Shown piece by piece: positions 29,604 to 39,146 of a stretch of DNA of 64,000 nucleotides. The stretch is taken from IMG/VR virus record IMGVR_UViG_3300017963_000256; one strand, given 5' to 3'. Below the pieces are notes generated by a model. That model had not been told where the DNA came from. It saw nothing but the letters and a program-made list of their open reading frames with translations, and ran no database searches. The position numbers were made by a program, and so were the translations under genes. Numbering within the stretch: position 1 is the first letter of the stretch; the number at the start of each line of letters is the position of its first letter. The stretch is from an uncultured virus (IMG/VR IMGVR_UViG_3300017963_000256). Taxonomy: Duplodnaviria > Heunggongvirae > Uroviricota > Caudoviricetes.

Positions 29604-30207
29604 CTGTCTCCTCCTTTATGATATCCTGAATAGATTCTGTATTCCCAAACGTAGTGACTGTTTCTTGACTTTTAGGCGGTCTGCCACGCTTCCTGCCGGT
29701 AGTTGCCTTCTTTTTACGTGGCTTTCTTTTCTTCTTAACCAGAACTTTTGTACTCTTGGTTTTACGGGTCTTTTTTTCCGGCTTTTCTTCAACCGTTTCT
29801 TCAGTATTTTCCTCAATCACTGTTTCTTGTTCGGATGTTACAACAACTTCTTCGTCCACGTTTTCCGTCATATGATAAGGCGTCACAGTGATCATGTCGA
29901 AATACAAAGCTTCCGCAATGTCATTGCGCTTCAGATCTTTTGAATAAATGAGGGCGCTTTCTCCCGGTGGCAGAGAAGCATTGATGCTGTCAAACGATAA
30001 AATGCTTTTACTAATATTTGTCATAATGAAGGTTTCATCAAATTCTACTTCACCTTCTATCTCCAGCAAATTATGCTGAACAGCTTCTTTGACATCCAGA
30101 TTGTTCAATTGTTCTTCTGTGAGATCAACAATCTGATCTCGAACTAGGCTGATTCCAATGCTACCCAACGATAAAGCTCCATATTTGATTCGGCATGCAA
30201 CTTTCAT
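29596..30207 (-). CDS. Hypothetical protein with Lys-rich tail and AT-hook-like motif
   Basis: Two similar ~55-aa N-terminal units; tail GRKRGRPPKS. Confidence 0.6.
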   Translation of the reverse strand: MKVACRIKYGALSLGSIGISLVRDQIVDLTEEQLNNLDVKEAVQHNLLEIEGEVEFDETFIMTNISKSILSFDSINASLPPGESALIYSKDLKRNDIAEALYFDMITVTPYHMTENVDEEVVVTSEQETVIEENTEETVEEKPEKKTRKTKSTKVLVKKKRKPRKKKATTGRKRGRPPKSQETVTTFGNTESIQDIIKEETDE

Positions 30208-31136
30208 GTTTCTTCCTCCACAGAGTTCATGGTCATTTTTGCGGCACCCCGCAAATACTTCTCAACTTCAAGTGAGTCCCCTATCGAGAGAACCCATACA
30301 AATAATTGCGGACCTACTTCAGTGTCCTTCAGTTCAATTTTATAGTTCGGGAAAATACTTTTCAGTTTTTCATAAGCCTGCTGCGGGTTATTTCCCGCTG
30401 GAGCAACAACCTGCCAAATCTCAACGTTATCACCACTCATCTTACGCTTTAACGCTTTTTCGATCTCATCACGCTTCCATGTAGGATTGTAATCAGTGAG
30501 AGGATCCTGATGTCTCAGGTTTTCTTTCTGATCGACAGGGTCTTTGTTGGTATTGTTGTCATTTGACCTGTTGTCGAATTCTCTTCGTTTCTTTCCCATG
30601 TCGCCTCCCAATTCATAGACATAATTCATACGTGAATCGGGGCGATAGGGATCCACCGGCTTCCAACTACTGCCGGGGCCGCTGCTTTCCTGATCGCTGT
30701 TATTGAAAGGGGATAATCCGTGGAGAGCAGTTTTATGTTTTTTCATGTTAAAAGAATATTTGGCATCAGGAGCATTAACCACATCATCATCTGTGACAAT
30801 GAATCTCCCTTTGTCAAAAAATCTTTTGCAGATACCAATGGCTTTCTCTTTGGCTTTTTCTTTATCCGGTCTTTCCCAGTTTTCATCCACAAAAGCCAGT
30901 CGTTTACAATTCTTTGTGAAGATGAAATTCGGATAAATGCCGTGAAGGAGATAGACTTGCCATCGAGATTGGGACTTACGTCCTTCCACTTGGCTGACAA
31001 GAGGGGCAGGAACGTAATTACAATACATCCCGCGTTCACCATTGTGAACTACAAAGTTATCCTGATCATATTCTTCTTTAAGAATACGGGTAGACCAAAC
31101 GCTACCTTTTTTGTACTGCTTTAGATTGAATTTCAT
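30204..31136 (-). CDS. Hypothetical protein with two FN[LM]K tags
   Basis: MKFNLKQYKKG at the start; SFNMKKHKTA internally. Confidence 0.6.
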   Translation of the reverse strand: MKFNLKQYKKGSVWSTRILKEEYDQDNFVVHNGERGMYCNYVPAPLVSQVEGRKSQSRWQVYLLHGIYPNFIFTKNCKRLAFVDENWERPDKEKAKEKAIGICKRFFDKGRFIVTDDDVVNAPDAKYSFNMKKHKTALHGLSPFNNSDQESSGPGSSWKPVDPYRPDSRMNYVYELGGDMGKKRREFDNRSNDNNTNKDPVDQKENLRHQDPLTDYNPTWKRDEIEKALKRKMSGDNVEIWQVVAPAGNNPQQAYEKLKSIFPNYKIELKDTEVGPQLFVWVLSIGDSLEVEKYLRGAAKMTMNSVEEET

Positions 31137-33313
31137 GCGGAAGCCGTTCGTTTGCGACGATACAGAGAATTTGGATCTATGAGCAGAGAAAGATAGATAG
31201 TAGCTATAGAACTGAGTACTTCTGGATGATTACGGTAAAATTCCCTTGCCGGTTCTTTCTCAACTCTCTGAGGAACCTCAAAGAACTCGCTGTCAATATA
31301 CAGGCTTGCAAGATCCTTCGCGTACTGGCTCACATCTTTGTGTGTTTCTTCTTCCTCACTGATTTCTTCCTGAACATCCTCATCACTGACAGCCAGTTTT
31401 TCAAGATAGTAACGCGCAGCTACAGCGTTCACTTTCTCGTTTTCCATTCCAATGGCTATCGTTTTAGCCTTCTTCAGTTCATCGATTTGCTGCATTTCAT
31501 CTTTCGTCAGTTCTCTGTCATGTCCCATGGACGCAATTGAGATAATCTTACGGTCTAACTCAATAACATTTTTGAGATCCGATTGAATCATTTTCTTGAC
31601 GAGTTTGGGAGAACTGGCAACTTTATGCTTTTTCATGTTGAAAGCTTTACTGAGAAACGGCTCAAAACCATCTGGGACCTGATCCAGAATAGTGGTTTTG
31701 GCAAGATCAAGCTGGACTCCAATATCTTTGTCAAGAATTCTCTTCTTATTAGGAGTCTTCATGTTTTGTTCGTACATTTTCAGATTGAACGTTTCTTTCT
31801 TGACCTGTTCTTCGCGTTCGTTCTTCTGTTTGTCAATAGGTCTGATATTTTCGCCCCATGCTTCTTCATTGCGAAGCGGGGTTCCAGTTTTGGCCTTATC
31901 TTCATTCAGACGACCTTCGGTGAGTGGTTCCCAACCTTCTTCAGTTCTGGCTGGCTCAAGGTATTTGTCGGAAATGACATTGATATTTTTGTCTTTCCGG
32001 TAATCATTCAGCATGCCTTCAAGAGTAGCATAGGCAGTCGCATCAAGAGCGCTTTCTTCGCGATTACGTTCCAGACTCTTGTCTTCGACTTCTTCCCATA
32101 CTTCCGGTTCTTTGGCTTCGGCAAAACGAAGATTTTCTCTAAGAATAGACGCAAATTTCTTCAGTCCCTTAGAACTGGCATAGAATCCACGAGACTCATT
32201 AACGATCCTCATATGGTCTTGGATCATATTCCTTGCCCTCTCCATTCTGTTCTGAAGACTTGAAACACTAATTTTTTGCCCCGGTTCAGTTGCCAGAAGG
32301 TCGTCAAATTCGCCATTTTTATTCTCACTGAGAAGATCCACAATGCCCTGAAGTTTGTGACCTTGTACTTTGAGATACAAAGCGAAAGCAGTCAGCGGAG
32401 GGATCTTTGACATGATCCATGCAATCTCAGCAATGTGCTTTTTGTCATTAAAATCACTTCCTTGCGATTCGGAAGGTGCTAAAAGTTCCTCTCCTCCAGC
32501 AGACGCGGGAGAACTGGCGGATTCATCATCTGTTTGCGCAAATGGATCTTGACTCTCTTCGCCCGGAACGATTTGAACCTCTTTCCCTCTCTTCTTGGCT
32601 CTAATTTTTCGGAAATAATCGATCAAAGACAATTGGGCGACTCTGTTAATAAGCGCTGCTACGCCTTTTTCTGGATCCAATTTGATCTTTTCGTCTTCTG
32701 TTCGCATCATATTCAGGATTTTTATCAGGATGTCTTGAGCCAAATCTTCAGCCACATGAGTATCACTCATTCGTTTGGAAAGATAAGCATAGACACGACT
32801 AAATACGTTTTGGAAAAATTCAGCTTCTGCAGCCTTGTCGCCAAATTCCTTTGTAACAGGATCTTGACTTTCATAAAGCCGCCTAACTAAACTTTTCAAT
32901 CTTTCAAAAGAAACCTGTGTGCGTTTCATGGTGTCAAACGAAGGATCCTTACCCTCTTCAGGCGTTTCAACAAAATCTTCCTGATCAACAAAGTCAACGA
33001 AGTCTTCTTGCTCTTCTTCGGAATATTCGGTGGCTGCCGTTGTGATTCTGGAAACAATGGCATCATTCGCTGAAGTGACAAAATTTTCTTCATCAATTTC
33101 AGAAGATGCAACACGGCTCAGTTCAAGCATTCCCGCGATTTTTAAATAAGATTTTTCTCGTTTACTCTTCGCATACAAAGATGCCAAATAGTTCAGCGAA
33201 GGATTGAAAATCTTGACAACTTTAATTAAAGCGTCAGAATCTTCTTTTTGCGCCTTCTTGCACAAACCGACAATTTCGGCGCTCTGTTTGCGTAAGTCAT
33301 TAATATTACTCAT
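31133..33313 (-). CDS. Large protein containing a sigma70-family (ECF-like) sigma domain
   Basis: Region 2-like RVYAYLSKRM...AEDLAQDILIKI...LIDYFRKIRAKKRG; region 4-like ISVSSLQNRMERARNMI; long N- and C-terminal extensions. Confidence 0.7.
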   Translation of the reverse strand: MSNINDLRKQSAEIVGLCKKAQKEDSDALIKVVKIFNPSLNYLASLYAKSKREKSYLKIAGMLELSRVASSEIDEENFVTSANDAIVSRITTAATEYSEEEQEDFVDFVDQEDFVETPEEGKDPSFDTMKRTQVSFERLKSLVRRLYESQDPVTKEFGDKAAEAEFFQNVFSRVYAYLSKRMSDTHVAEDLAQDILIKILNMMRTEDEKIKLDPEKGVAALINRVAQLSLIDYFRKIRAKKRGKEVQIVPGEESQDPFAQTDDESASSPASAGGEELLAPSESQGSDFNDKKHIAEIAWIMSKIPPLTAFALYLKVQGHKLQGIVDLLSENKNGEFDDLLATEPGQKISVSSLQNRMERARNMIQDHMRIVNESRGFYASSKGLKKFASILRENLRFAEAKEPEVWEEVEDKSLERNREESALDATAYATLEGMLNDYRKDKNINVISDKYLEPARTEEGWEPLTEGRLNEDKAKTGTPLRNEEAWGENIRPIDKQKNEREEQVKKETFNLKMYEQNMKTPNKKRILDKDIGVQLDLAKTTILDQVPDGFEPFLSKAFNMKKHKVASSPKLVKKMIQSDLKNVIELDRKIISIASMGHDRELTKDEMQQIDELKKAKTIAIGMENEKVNAVAARYYLEKLAVSDEDVQEEISEEEETHKDVSQYAKDLASLYIDSEFFEVPQRVEKEPAREFYRNHPEVLSSIATIYLSLLIDPNSLYRRKRTASA

Positions 33314-33369
33314 GATATGCCACCTTTTTCACATGGTAAAGTTGGATTTGAATAGTTCATCTAATTATA

Positions 33370-33395
33370 ATTCTTTATAAGTTATGTAATTCCTT
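33370..33395 (-). promoter_or_regulatory. Putative late promoter AAGGA-N17-GAAT
   Basis: Intergenic, upstream of the sigma-domain gene. Confidence 0.65.
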
Positions 33396-33402
33396 GTCTT
33401 TT

Positions 33403-35220
33403 TTAAGAAAATCTGCGGTCATACTGCTGGTGAATTCTAGCCATCGAATTAGAACCAGCCAATGCACTCACTACTCCGCTTCTTGGGAACCGCGTATTGA
33501 CAAGAAATTCTCCTGAAGTTGAAAAATGACAAATGGCTGCAATGCAGTCAGCCGTATCGTCTGTCGGAACTTCTGACTTCAAATTAGGGAAAATCTTCCA
33601 ACCATTTTCCACATACTTAATCCTCAAACCCTTCAACTCATTTTGGATGTAGTAATCCGCATAATATTCCAGATCGCCACGTAAAACAAGTTCCTTCATC
33701 GCCCCATAAATCTGCATCTTAAACTGTTTTCTGAACGGTGTCTTATGAAGCGGAAGGCCATAACGTTTAAGGTTTTGAATCGTCTGTGCTGAATTCCATT
33801 GGTCAAAAGTAATCGCCGCAACATTAAACTTTCTGCAAAGCTGAATAATATATTGTTCAACTTCTCTGATGTTCACCTCTTGACCATCTTTCGGCGTCCA
33901 CCGTTGAGAGTGAACAATATAAACTCTCTTACGTCTTTCCTGATATTCGTTCTGATATTCCTGACAATATCCAAGAACCACGGCATAAACGTGACTTGAA
34001 ACAGCCGGGTCAACGTGCATATAATAAACCCGTCCCTGTTCTCCCTTTTCCTGCCGACATAACATTGACTCACTTTGCGCCTCATCAACCATTTCAGGCG
34101 GCAAGAAAACATTGGATCCAGTATGTGCAAACTGTGCTCCATATTCCATCATGAAAGCATCAGGGTCACGTCGCTCATCAGCCGCCAAACTGTCTCTCGT
34201 AATTGATGGGTTCGCATCCCATGTCGGCAACTGGAACATCAACGACTTTTCATCTTTGTCGCTATCCCTGTATAAATCATAAAACATGCCATCAGGACCA
34301 CTTGGTGAGGAAATGGCAATGATCCTACCATCTGGCCTTGTTGCATCTCCATTCGCCATAAACGTCTTGGTTGAAGGGGCAAGAGCTTTATAAATTTCAT
34401 ACCCAGACTGACCACCAGTGGTGTTTAACATGAAGGCAAGCTCGTCAAACATGATGGTGATAGAACCACGACCACGAAGAGATTCTGAAGACGAGTGACC
34501 ACAAATCAGGATGATTGTACCGGCGAGTTTAATGGGGTTGTCTGGATCTTCGTTTGTTTCTTTGTCACGATCCGTAAAGAGATGAATTTCATCACCTTTG
34601 GTCGAATCCGCATCCAACTTGTCTCTGAAGTAGGGGGCGCGTCTGATACGTGAAATGATTTCGTTAAACAGAACCTTCGCTTGTTTGGTAGAACGGGCAA
34701 CGTTCAGAATAACGATTTCATTATCCTGCGGGAGATTGTAATATTCTTGAGGACAACCACCGGGAAGTTCTAGAAGTTTGTATGATTCGTATGCAGCGAT
34801 GATGGAACAAAGGAAGGTTTTACCACTACGTCTGCCAATGACCAAAATCAAATGGTCAAATAATTTATGTTCTGGTTTTTCTCCGCTTTCAATTGGGAGT
34901 GCCTTGTCCAGAACATAATGAAGTTCTTTTTCTTTAAGCCATTCTTTTTCTACGTCATCCAGCTTTACATTTTCGTTTCCCCGCGATCCCATATAAAAAC
35001 ATTTAAGAATAATTCTCTGGGCAATACGTAGATGGATGTGTTGGTTGGGAAGGTTTAAATAAATGGGGCTTTCACAGAAAGTGATAATATCAACAATGTT
35101 CCGTGACTCTTCAGAAACAGACTCATCAGTATTTGCTTTTCTTTCTTCCTGTTCAATCTGAAGACTTTCTTCTTTCAACTGCTCGATCAGATTGTCGAGA
35201 TGCTCAGCTGTCTTCGCCAT
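33403..35220 (-). CDS. terL: Terminase large subunit
   Basis: Walker A GRRSGKT, Walker B IMFDE, motif III ISSP, nuclease HVDPA...DDTAD. Confidence 0.9.
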   Translation of the reverse strand: MAKTAEHLDNLIEQLKEESLQIEQEERKANTDESVSEESRNIVDIITFCESPIYLNLPNQHIHLRIAQRIILKCFYMGSRGNENVKLDDVEKEWLKEKELHYVLDKALPIESGEKPEHKLFDHLILVIGRRSGKTFLCSIIAAYESYKLLELPGGCPQEYYNLPQDNEIVILNVARSTKQAKVLFNEIISRIRRAPYFRDKLDADSTKGDEIHLFTDRDKETNEDPDNPIKLAGTIILICGHSSSESLRGRGSITIMFDELAFMLNTTGGQSGYEIYKALAPSTKTFMANGDATRPDGRIIAISSPSGPDGMFYDLYRDSDKDEKSLMFQLPTWDANPSITRDSLAADERRDPDAFMMEYGAQFAHTGSNVFLPPEMVDEAQSESMLCRQEKGEQGRVYYMHVDPAVSSHVYAVVLGYCQEYQNEYQERRKRVYIVHSQRWTPKDGQEVNIREVEQYIIQLCRKFNVAAITFDQWNSAQTIQNLKRYGLPLHKTPFRKQFKMQIYGAMKELVLRGDLEYYADYYIQNELKGLRIKYVENGWKIFPNLKSEVPTDDTADCIAAICHFSTSGEFLVNTRFPRSGVVSALAGSNSMARIHQQYDRRFS

Positions 35221-35277
35221 TAATTAACCCCAAAACTTGAATACAGAAATATTTAAACAGATTTTTCCTGTATCCAA

Positions 35278-35303
35278 ATTCAAGAAAAATACGCATATTC
35301 CTT
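35278..35303 (-). promoter_or_regulatory. Putative late promoter AAGGA-N17-GAAT
   Basis: Intergenic, upstream of terL. Confidence 0.65.
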
Positions 35304-35333
35304 GATTTTTTGGGAATTAATTAAATTAAAATT

Positions 35334-35954
35334 TTAGACTTCGAGGGCACGCCAATCAACTCTTTTCCCACAAACGTTGGAAATGAATTCATCAGCGGTC
35401 TTGCAGGGCATCGGAAGTTGACCGCCCATGCCGACTCCTAACACAGCACGACAGCCATTTTGAGGGAGGATAATTGAAATAGTAACAGTCAAACTTTCGC
35501 TGTTACTTAAGATATATTCAGCAGTTATGCGAGAAATCTTGTTCTCGGCATTCTCCGTTATGCTGTATATTTCCTGCCACGGAGTAGATGACCTAAGGCG
35601 GTTAACATACTGATAGTCAGTATCTTCTTCGCCAAATCTCACATCCAACGGCTTTAATTCAAAACCATCTTCAATCAAACTGTCATGTGCGACCTGAAGT
35701 GCCACATGCATCGGGGTTGGTGTGGGAATTTTTACAGGTTTGACGTGATGTTTGCGTTTATTTACAAGCTGAAACGCTTTCACGAGTGAATCGTCGTTTT
35801 TTAGGGCAGAAAATCGATCTTCCATACCCTCAATCCAGCGCGGAACGAACGGTAAGGCTTTATCTTCGTCCTTAATGTCAAGCCCTACAAGGTCATAGTG
35901 AAACAAACCTTCAATTATGGAACCATATTTGATTTTTGATTTGCCTGTGACCAT
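35334..35954 (-). CDS. Hypothetical protein
   Basis: 206 aa with a ribosome-binding site and upstream ACGTATAATAG. Confidence 0.6.
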   Translation of the reverse strand: MVTGKSKIKYGSIIEGLFHYDLVGLDIKDEDKALPFVPRWIEGMEDRFSALKNDDSLVKAFQLVNKRKHHVKPVKIPTPTPMHVALQVAHDSLIEDGFELKPLDVRFGEEDTDYQYVNRLRSSTPWQEIYSITENAENKISRITAEYILSNSESLTVTISIILPQNGCRAVLGVGMGGQLPMPCKTADEFISNVCGKRVDWRALEV

Positions 35955-35977
35955 TGTTTTTCCTTCCTTTTTTTTAA

Positions 35978-35988
35978 CTATTATACGT
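35978..35988 (-). promoter_or_regulatory. ACGTATAATAG promoter-like box
   Basis: Recurring 11-mer containing TATAAT upstream of accessory genes. Confidence 0.65.
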
Positions 35989-36087
35989 GGTTTTCTGAGA
36001 TTTGGAAGAAAAATTTTAAAATTCTTTTGTTAATCAAATCATTGTAAATCAAGAAGATGTGAAAATATTCACATTTTTCCTGAAAAT

Positions 36088-36582
36088 TTATTGAATTTGT
36101 TCGTAAGAGACTTGACTTGTTCCCTCGGCCTGTTCTCCAACGTCTTCCATTTTGTTTTTCAATGCTTCCATATTGCTTCTTATTTGATCCATGACGTTAT
36201 CTATATAATTGACAGTAACCAAGATTTCGGGGAGTCTGGCTTCTTCTGCTGCTGTGGGTTCAATGGTTTGAGTCAAAGCGCGGATGTTATTTTCCAGATT
36301 ATTCAAAACTTCTTCCGTATTGTTGAATAATTCACCATTCTGATCAATAAATTCATCTACTTCTTCAATTTGATTTTCAGCAAGATTTTTAAGCATTTCC
36401 TGTATTTTCTGGTTTACATTCTGAAGAATGTTGGGAGCCATATCTTCACTGATGTTCTGGAGAGAAAATGTCGTGGATTCAGCCAATTCGCCCATATCTA
36501 CGGTGCCCGGATCCGCATTCGTCAATCCTTGCGGCTGAGCCAGCTTTGTAATTTTGTAGGAATCACTTTCTATTTTTTTCAT
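36088..36582 (-). CDS. Coiled-coil acidic protein with KxAQ leader
   Basis: MKKIESDSYKITKLAQ; 164 aa. Confidence 0.6.
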   Translation of the reverse strand: MKKIESDSYKITKLAQPQGLTNADPGTVDMGELAESTTFSLQNISEDMAPNILQNVNQKIQEMLKNLAENQIEEVDEFIDQNGELFNNTEEVLNNLENNIRALTQTIEPTAAEEARLPEILVTVNYIDNVMDQIRSNMEALKNKMEDVGEQAEGTSQVSYEQIQ

Positions 36583-36629
36583 GATTTTGGCCTTTTCTCT
36601 GTATAATAGTCAGAAAAAGGAGATCAATT

Positions 36630-36875
36630 ATGTCAGATTCCGTTTCCAGAGAAGAGTTTGAATGCGTTGTTAATCAGTTGAATTTTGCCCTCACGTTACT
36701 CACTAAAAACCACAACAACTTATGTGACACCATCGGGGAAAAAGCATTTGAAGTTGATATCCAAAAAGAACTTCAAGATCGACAAGCTCAAAATTCCCTC
36801 AACAGTATTGGAAAAGGCGTCTCCGATATAAAGAAGGAAATCGCAGCAGAAGTTGAAGAAACATCAAAGTCTTAA
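36630..36875 (+). CDS. Hypothetical protein
   Basis: AGGAG ribosome-binding site; GTATAATAG upstream. Confidence 0.6.
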   Translation: MSDSVSREEFECVVNQLNFALTLLTKNHNNLCDTIGEKAFEVDIQKELQDRQAQNSLNSIGKGVSDIKKEIAAEVEETSKS

Positions 36876-37057
36876 CGATATCCAATCAGCGTATTGATGT
36901 TCCCTTTGACAATTTTCAGTTTGTTTTCGCAATTAACACAATAGAAAACGACTGTTCCGCCAATCTCCTGCATAATGACAGGTTTACCGGACGTACTGCA
37001 CCTCGGACAATACCGGTAAATGTTGTCCTGCTCTTCCAAATCTGTTCTTCTTTTCAT
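36872..37057 (-). CDS. Small zinc-ribbon protein
   Basis: YCPRC...YCVNC. Confidence 0.55.
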   Translation of the reverse strand: MKRRTDLEEQDNIYRYCPRCSTSGKPVIMQEIGGTVVFYCVNCENKLKIVKGNINTLIGYR

Positions 37058-37163
37058 TTCCGCACATGGATGAATATTCCTTCAATTATGTTTAATTAAA
37101 TATTTTTCAATTTTCTCCTCTAAAAATAAATTCCAAAAATTCCTACGTGATTCCTGATTTTTT

Positions 37164-37174
37164 ACGTATAATAG
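37164..37174 (+). promoter_or_regulatory. ACGTATAATAG promoter-like box
   Basis: Upstream of the RusA-like to ClpC operon. Confidence 0.65.
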
Positions 37175-37208
37175 ATGGAATATAAAAGATTATTCCGGAT
37201 GTAAACAT

Positions 37209-37763
37209 ATGTCAAAACGTGGCTTCGATATTTCTAAGATGAATCAGAAGATAAACGCAGAATGCCAGAACTGCGGATTCAAAGGTACTTTAGGGGATAT
37301 TCAGAACCACAATTGCAAAGAAGTAAAGAAAAGCGGCAAAGAAACCGGCAAAAAGAAGAAGAAAAAAGAGAAGAAGCCGCTACTAAATAAAGAGTTGCCT
37401 TTCATCCAAAAGTGGCAATTACGCTTTCCGGATGAAAAGCTCCTCAGAAACAACGAAGTTTTGAGAGGACATTGGAGTAAATGGCATAGGTTCAAAAAGA
37501 AATGGATAAAACTGCTGAAACCATATGCTGAATTATGGGGCGATCCATCAGAACTCGTAAAAATAAGCTACATACGAGTCTATGGAAAACGCGCAAGAGC
37601 CATGGATAGAGAAAATCTTGTCCATTGCTTCAAATGGATCACCGACGCTGTTCGGGATAATGGAATGATTATTGATGACGATCCAAGCCATGCGGATCTT
37701 TACCATGATCAAAAGAAAGACGATCACTACGAAATAGTGATTGAAATGGAGCGTATCAAATGA
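37209..37763 (+). CDS. RusA-like Holliday junction resolvase
   Basis: MDRENL...KWITDAVRDNGMIIDDD; N-terminal C2HC metal site. Confidence 0.7.
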   Translation: MSKRGFDISKMNQKINAECQNCGFKGTLGDIQNHNCKEVKKSGKETGKKKKKKEKKPLLNKELPFIQKWQLRFPDEKLLRNNEVLRGHWSKWHRFKKKWIKLLKPYAELWGDPSELVKISYIRVYGKRARAMDRENLVHCFKWITDAVRDNGMIIDDDPSHADLYHDQKKDDHYEIVIEMERIK

Positions 37764-39142
37764 GAATTGGAATTGACTTGGACGGTGTTACCGTCAATTA
37801 TATTCATTCATTTTCAAAAATAATGCACGAACGTTACGGATGTAAAAGATATTATTCCCACGGCGAATTACAGCACTTTGATTGGAGTAAGTCTTTTCCA
37901 ACACATCCCGACAAAGGCGAACTGCTCTCAAAAGAACTTTTTGAAACAAAAGATTTCTTTTTCAATATGCCATCAATCCCTACGCCTGAAGAATGGGAAA
38001 AGATTAACGCATTCATCGAAAAAAACGAAGTCTTTTTTATCACTCATCGAGATTCGTTTGACGACGAAATCAATAAAGATATTATCGACCAAAGTGTTCG
38101 TTGGTTGGCAAAACATGGCGTCAAAGAACCTAATGTCATTCTCATCTGCAACAGCGACGGAAAAACCAAAGGCGATTACGCCAAAGAGTTAAATCTTGAC
38201 GCCCATATTGACGACGGCATCCAATATCTGAAAGACATCCACAAGAAAAGTCCCAGTACCGTTTTATTTACAATGCCGTGGAATTACTGCAAATGGGCAG
38301 AGAACGCTTGGACCGTCAACGGCATTACAGATATGATTTATTTTCTCGAAAACGTTGATCAATGGAAACAGGAACATCAGGATTATCTGAAAGCACATCC
38401 ATACGTTGAATTCAGAAAGAAACTCGCCAGATTCGTTTTCGATAAAATTGGATATCGATTCTACAACTTCTCCTGTTGGAGTGTTCCTTTTCTCAGAAAA
38501 AGAAAACCATATATGACTTATGGATGTTATTACGGTTTCGAACCAGAAAAATGTCATCACGATAAACATGTCCCTCATAAATACTTTCCAAAAGAAAGTA
38601 AAAACCTTTGGGAAAAAGAAGTTATCTTTGCCGAAATAATGCCTGAATGGTTTCTGAATTTTATGTATAAAATGTCAGATTGGTTCGGCGTTCTGGCAGA
38701 GAAAATCCACCCCTACTGGCATGGTGAATGTGAAAAATGCGGTCCTGATTGTACCTGTGTTCAGTCGATCCTCAGTTCCAAAATGAATTACGAAAAACGC
38801 TTTCCAAGCGAAGACGAACTAATCGAAACCAAAGCATTCCTGAAACACAGATTCCCGCTTCTCTACAAGATGTGGGACGATATCCCGTATTCTACACAAT
38901 TCGAACTTTGCGAGATTTGTGACGATTATGAATGGAAGCGAATTCCAGCGTACACAGACGGAAAGCTAGATGTTGATAGGACAATCGATTACAAGATTTT
39001 AGAAGGATATGCTTACTGTTCCGCAGAACTAAATAATGAAGATCGGTCAGAAGAAGAAAAAGAATCGATCAAAAATTATTTGGAACTGTATGAAGAAGCT
39101 CTCAAAGAAGCGAAGAAAGACGCTCTTAAAGAAAGTGATTAA
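37760..39142 (+). CDS. HAD-family 5'(3')-nucleotidase with C-terminal extension
   Basis: IGIDLDGV, FITHR, K...HIDD motifs. Confidence 0.75.
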   Translation: MRIGIDLDGVTVNYIHSFSKIMHERYGCKRYYSHGELQHFDWSKSFPTHPDKGELLSKELFETKDFFFNMPSIPTPEEWEKINAFIEKNEVFFITHRDSFDDEINKDIIDQSVRWLAKHGVKEPNVILICNSDGKTKGDYAKELNLDAHIDDGIQYLKDIHKKSPSTVLFTMPWNYCKWAENAWTVNGITDMIYFLENVDQWKQEHQDYLKAHPYVEFRKKLARFVFDKIGYRFYNFSCWSVPFLRKRKPYMTYGCYYGFEPEKCHHDKHVPHKYFPKESKNLWEKEVIFAEIMPEWFLNFMYKMSDWFGVLAEKIHPYWHGECEKCGPDCTCVQSILSSKMNYEKRFPSEDELIETKAFLKHRFPLLYKMWDDIPYSTQFELCEICDDYEWKRIPAYTDGKLDVDRTIDYKILEGYAYCSAELNNEDRSEEEKESIKNYLELYEEALKEAKKDALKESD

Positions 39143-39146
39143 CTTC

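Noticed and set aside
1032..34000. Many plus-strand ORFs antisense to the head genes
   Set aside because: Ser/Phe-rich shadows of Glu/Lys-rich sense genes, with no recognisable motifs.
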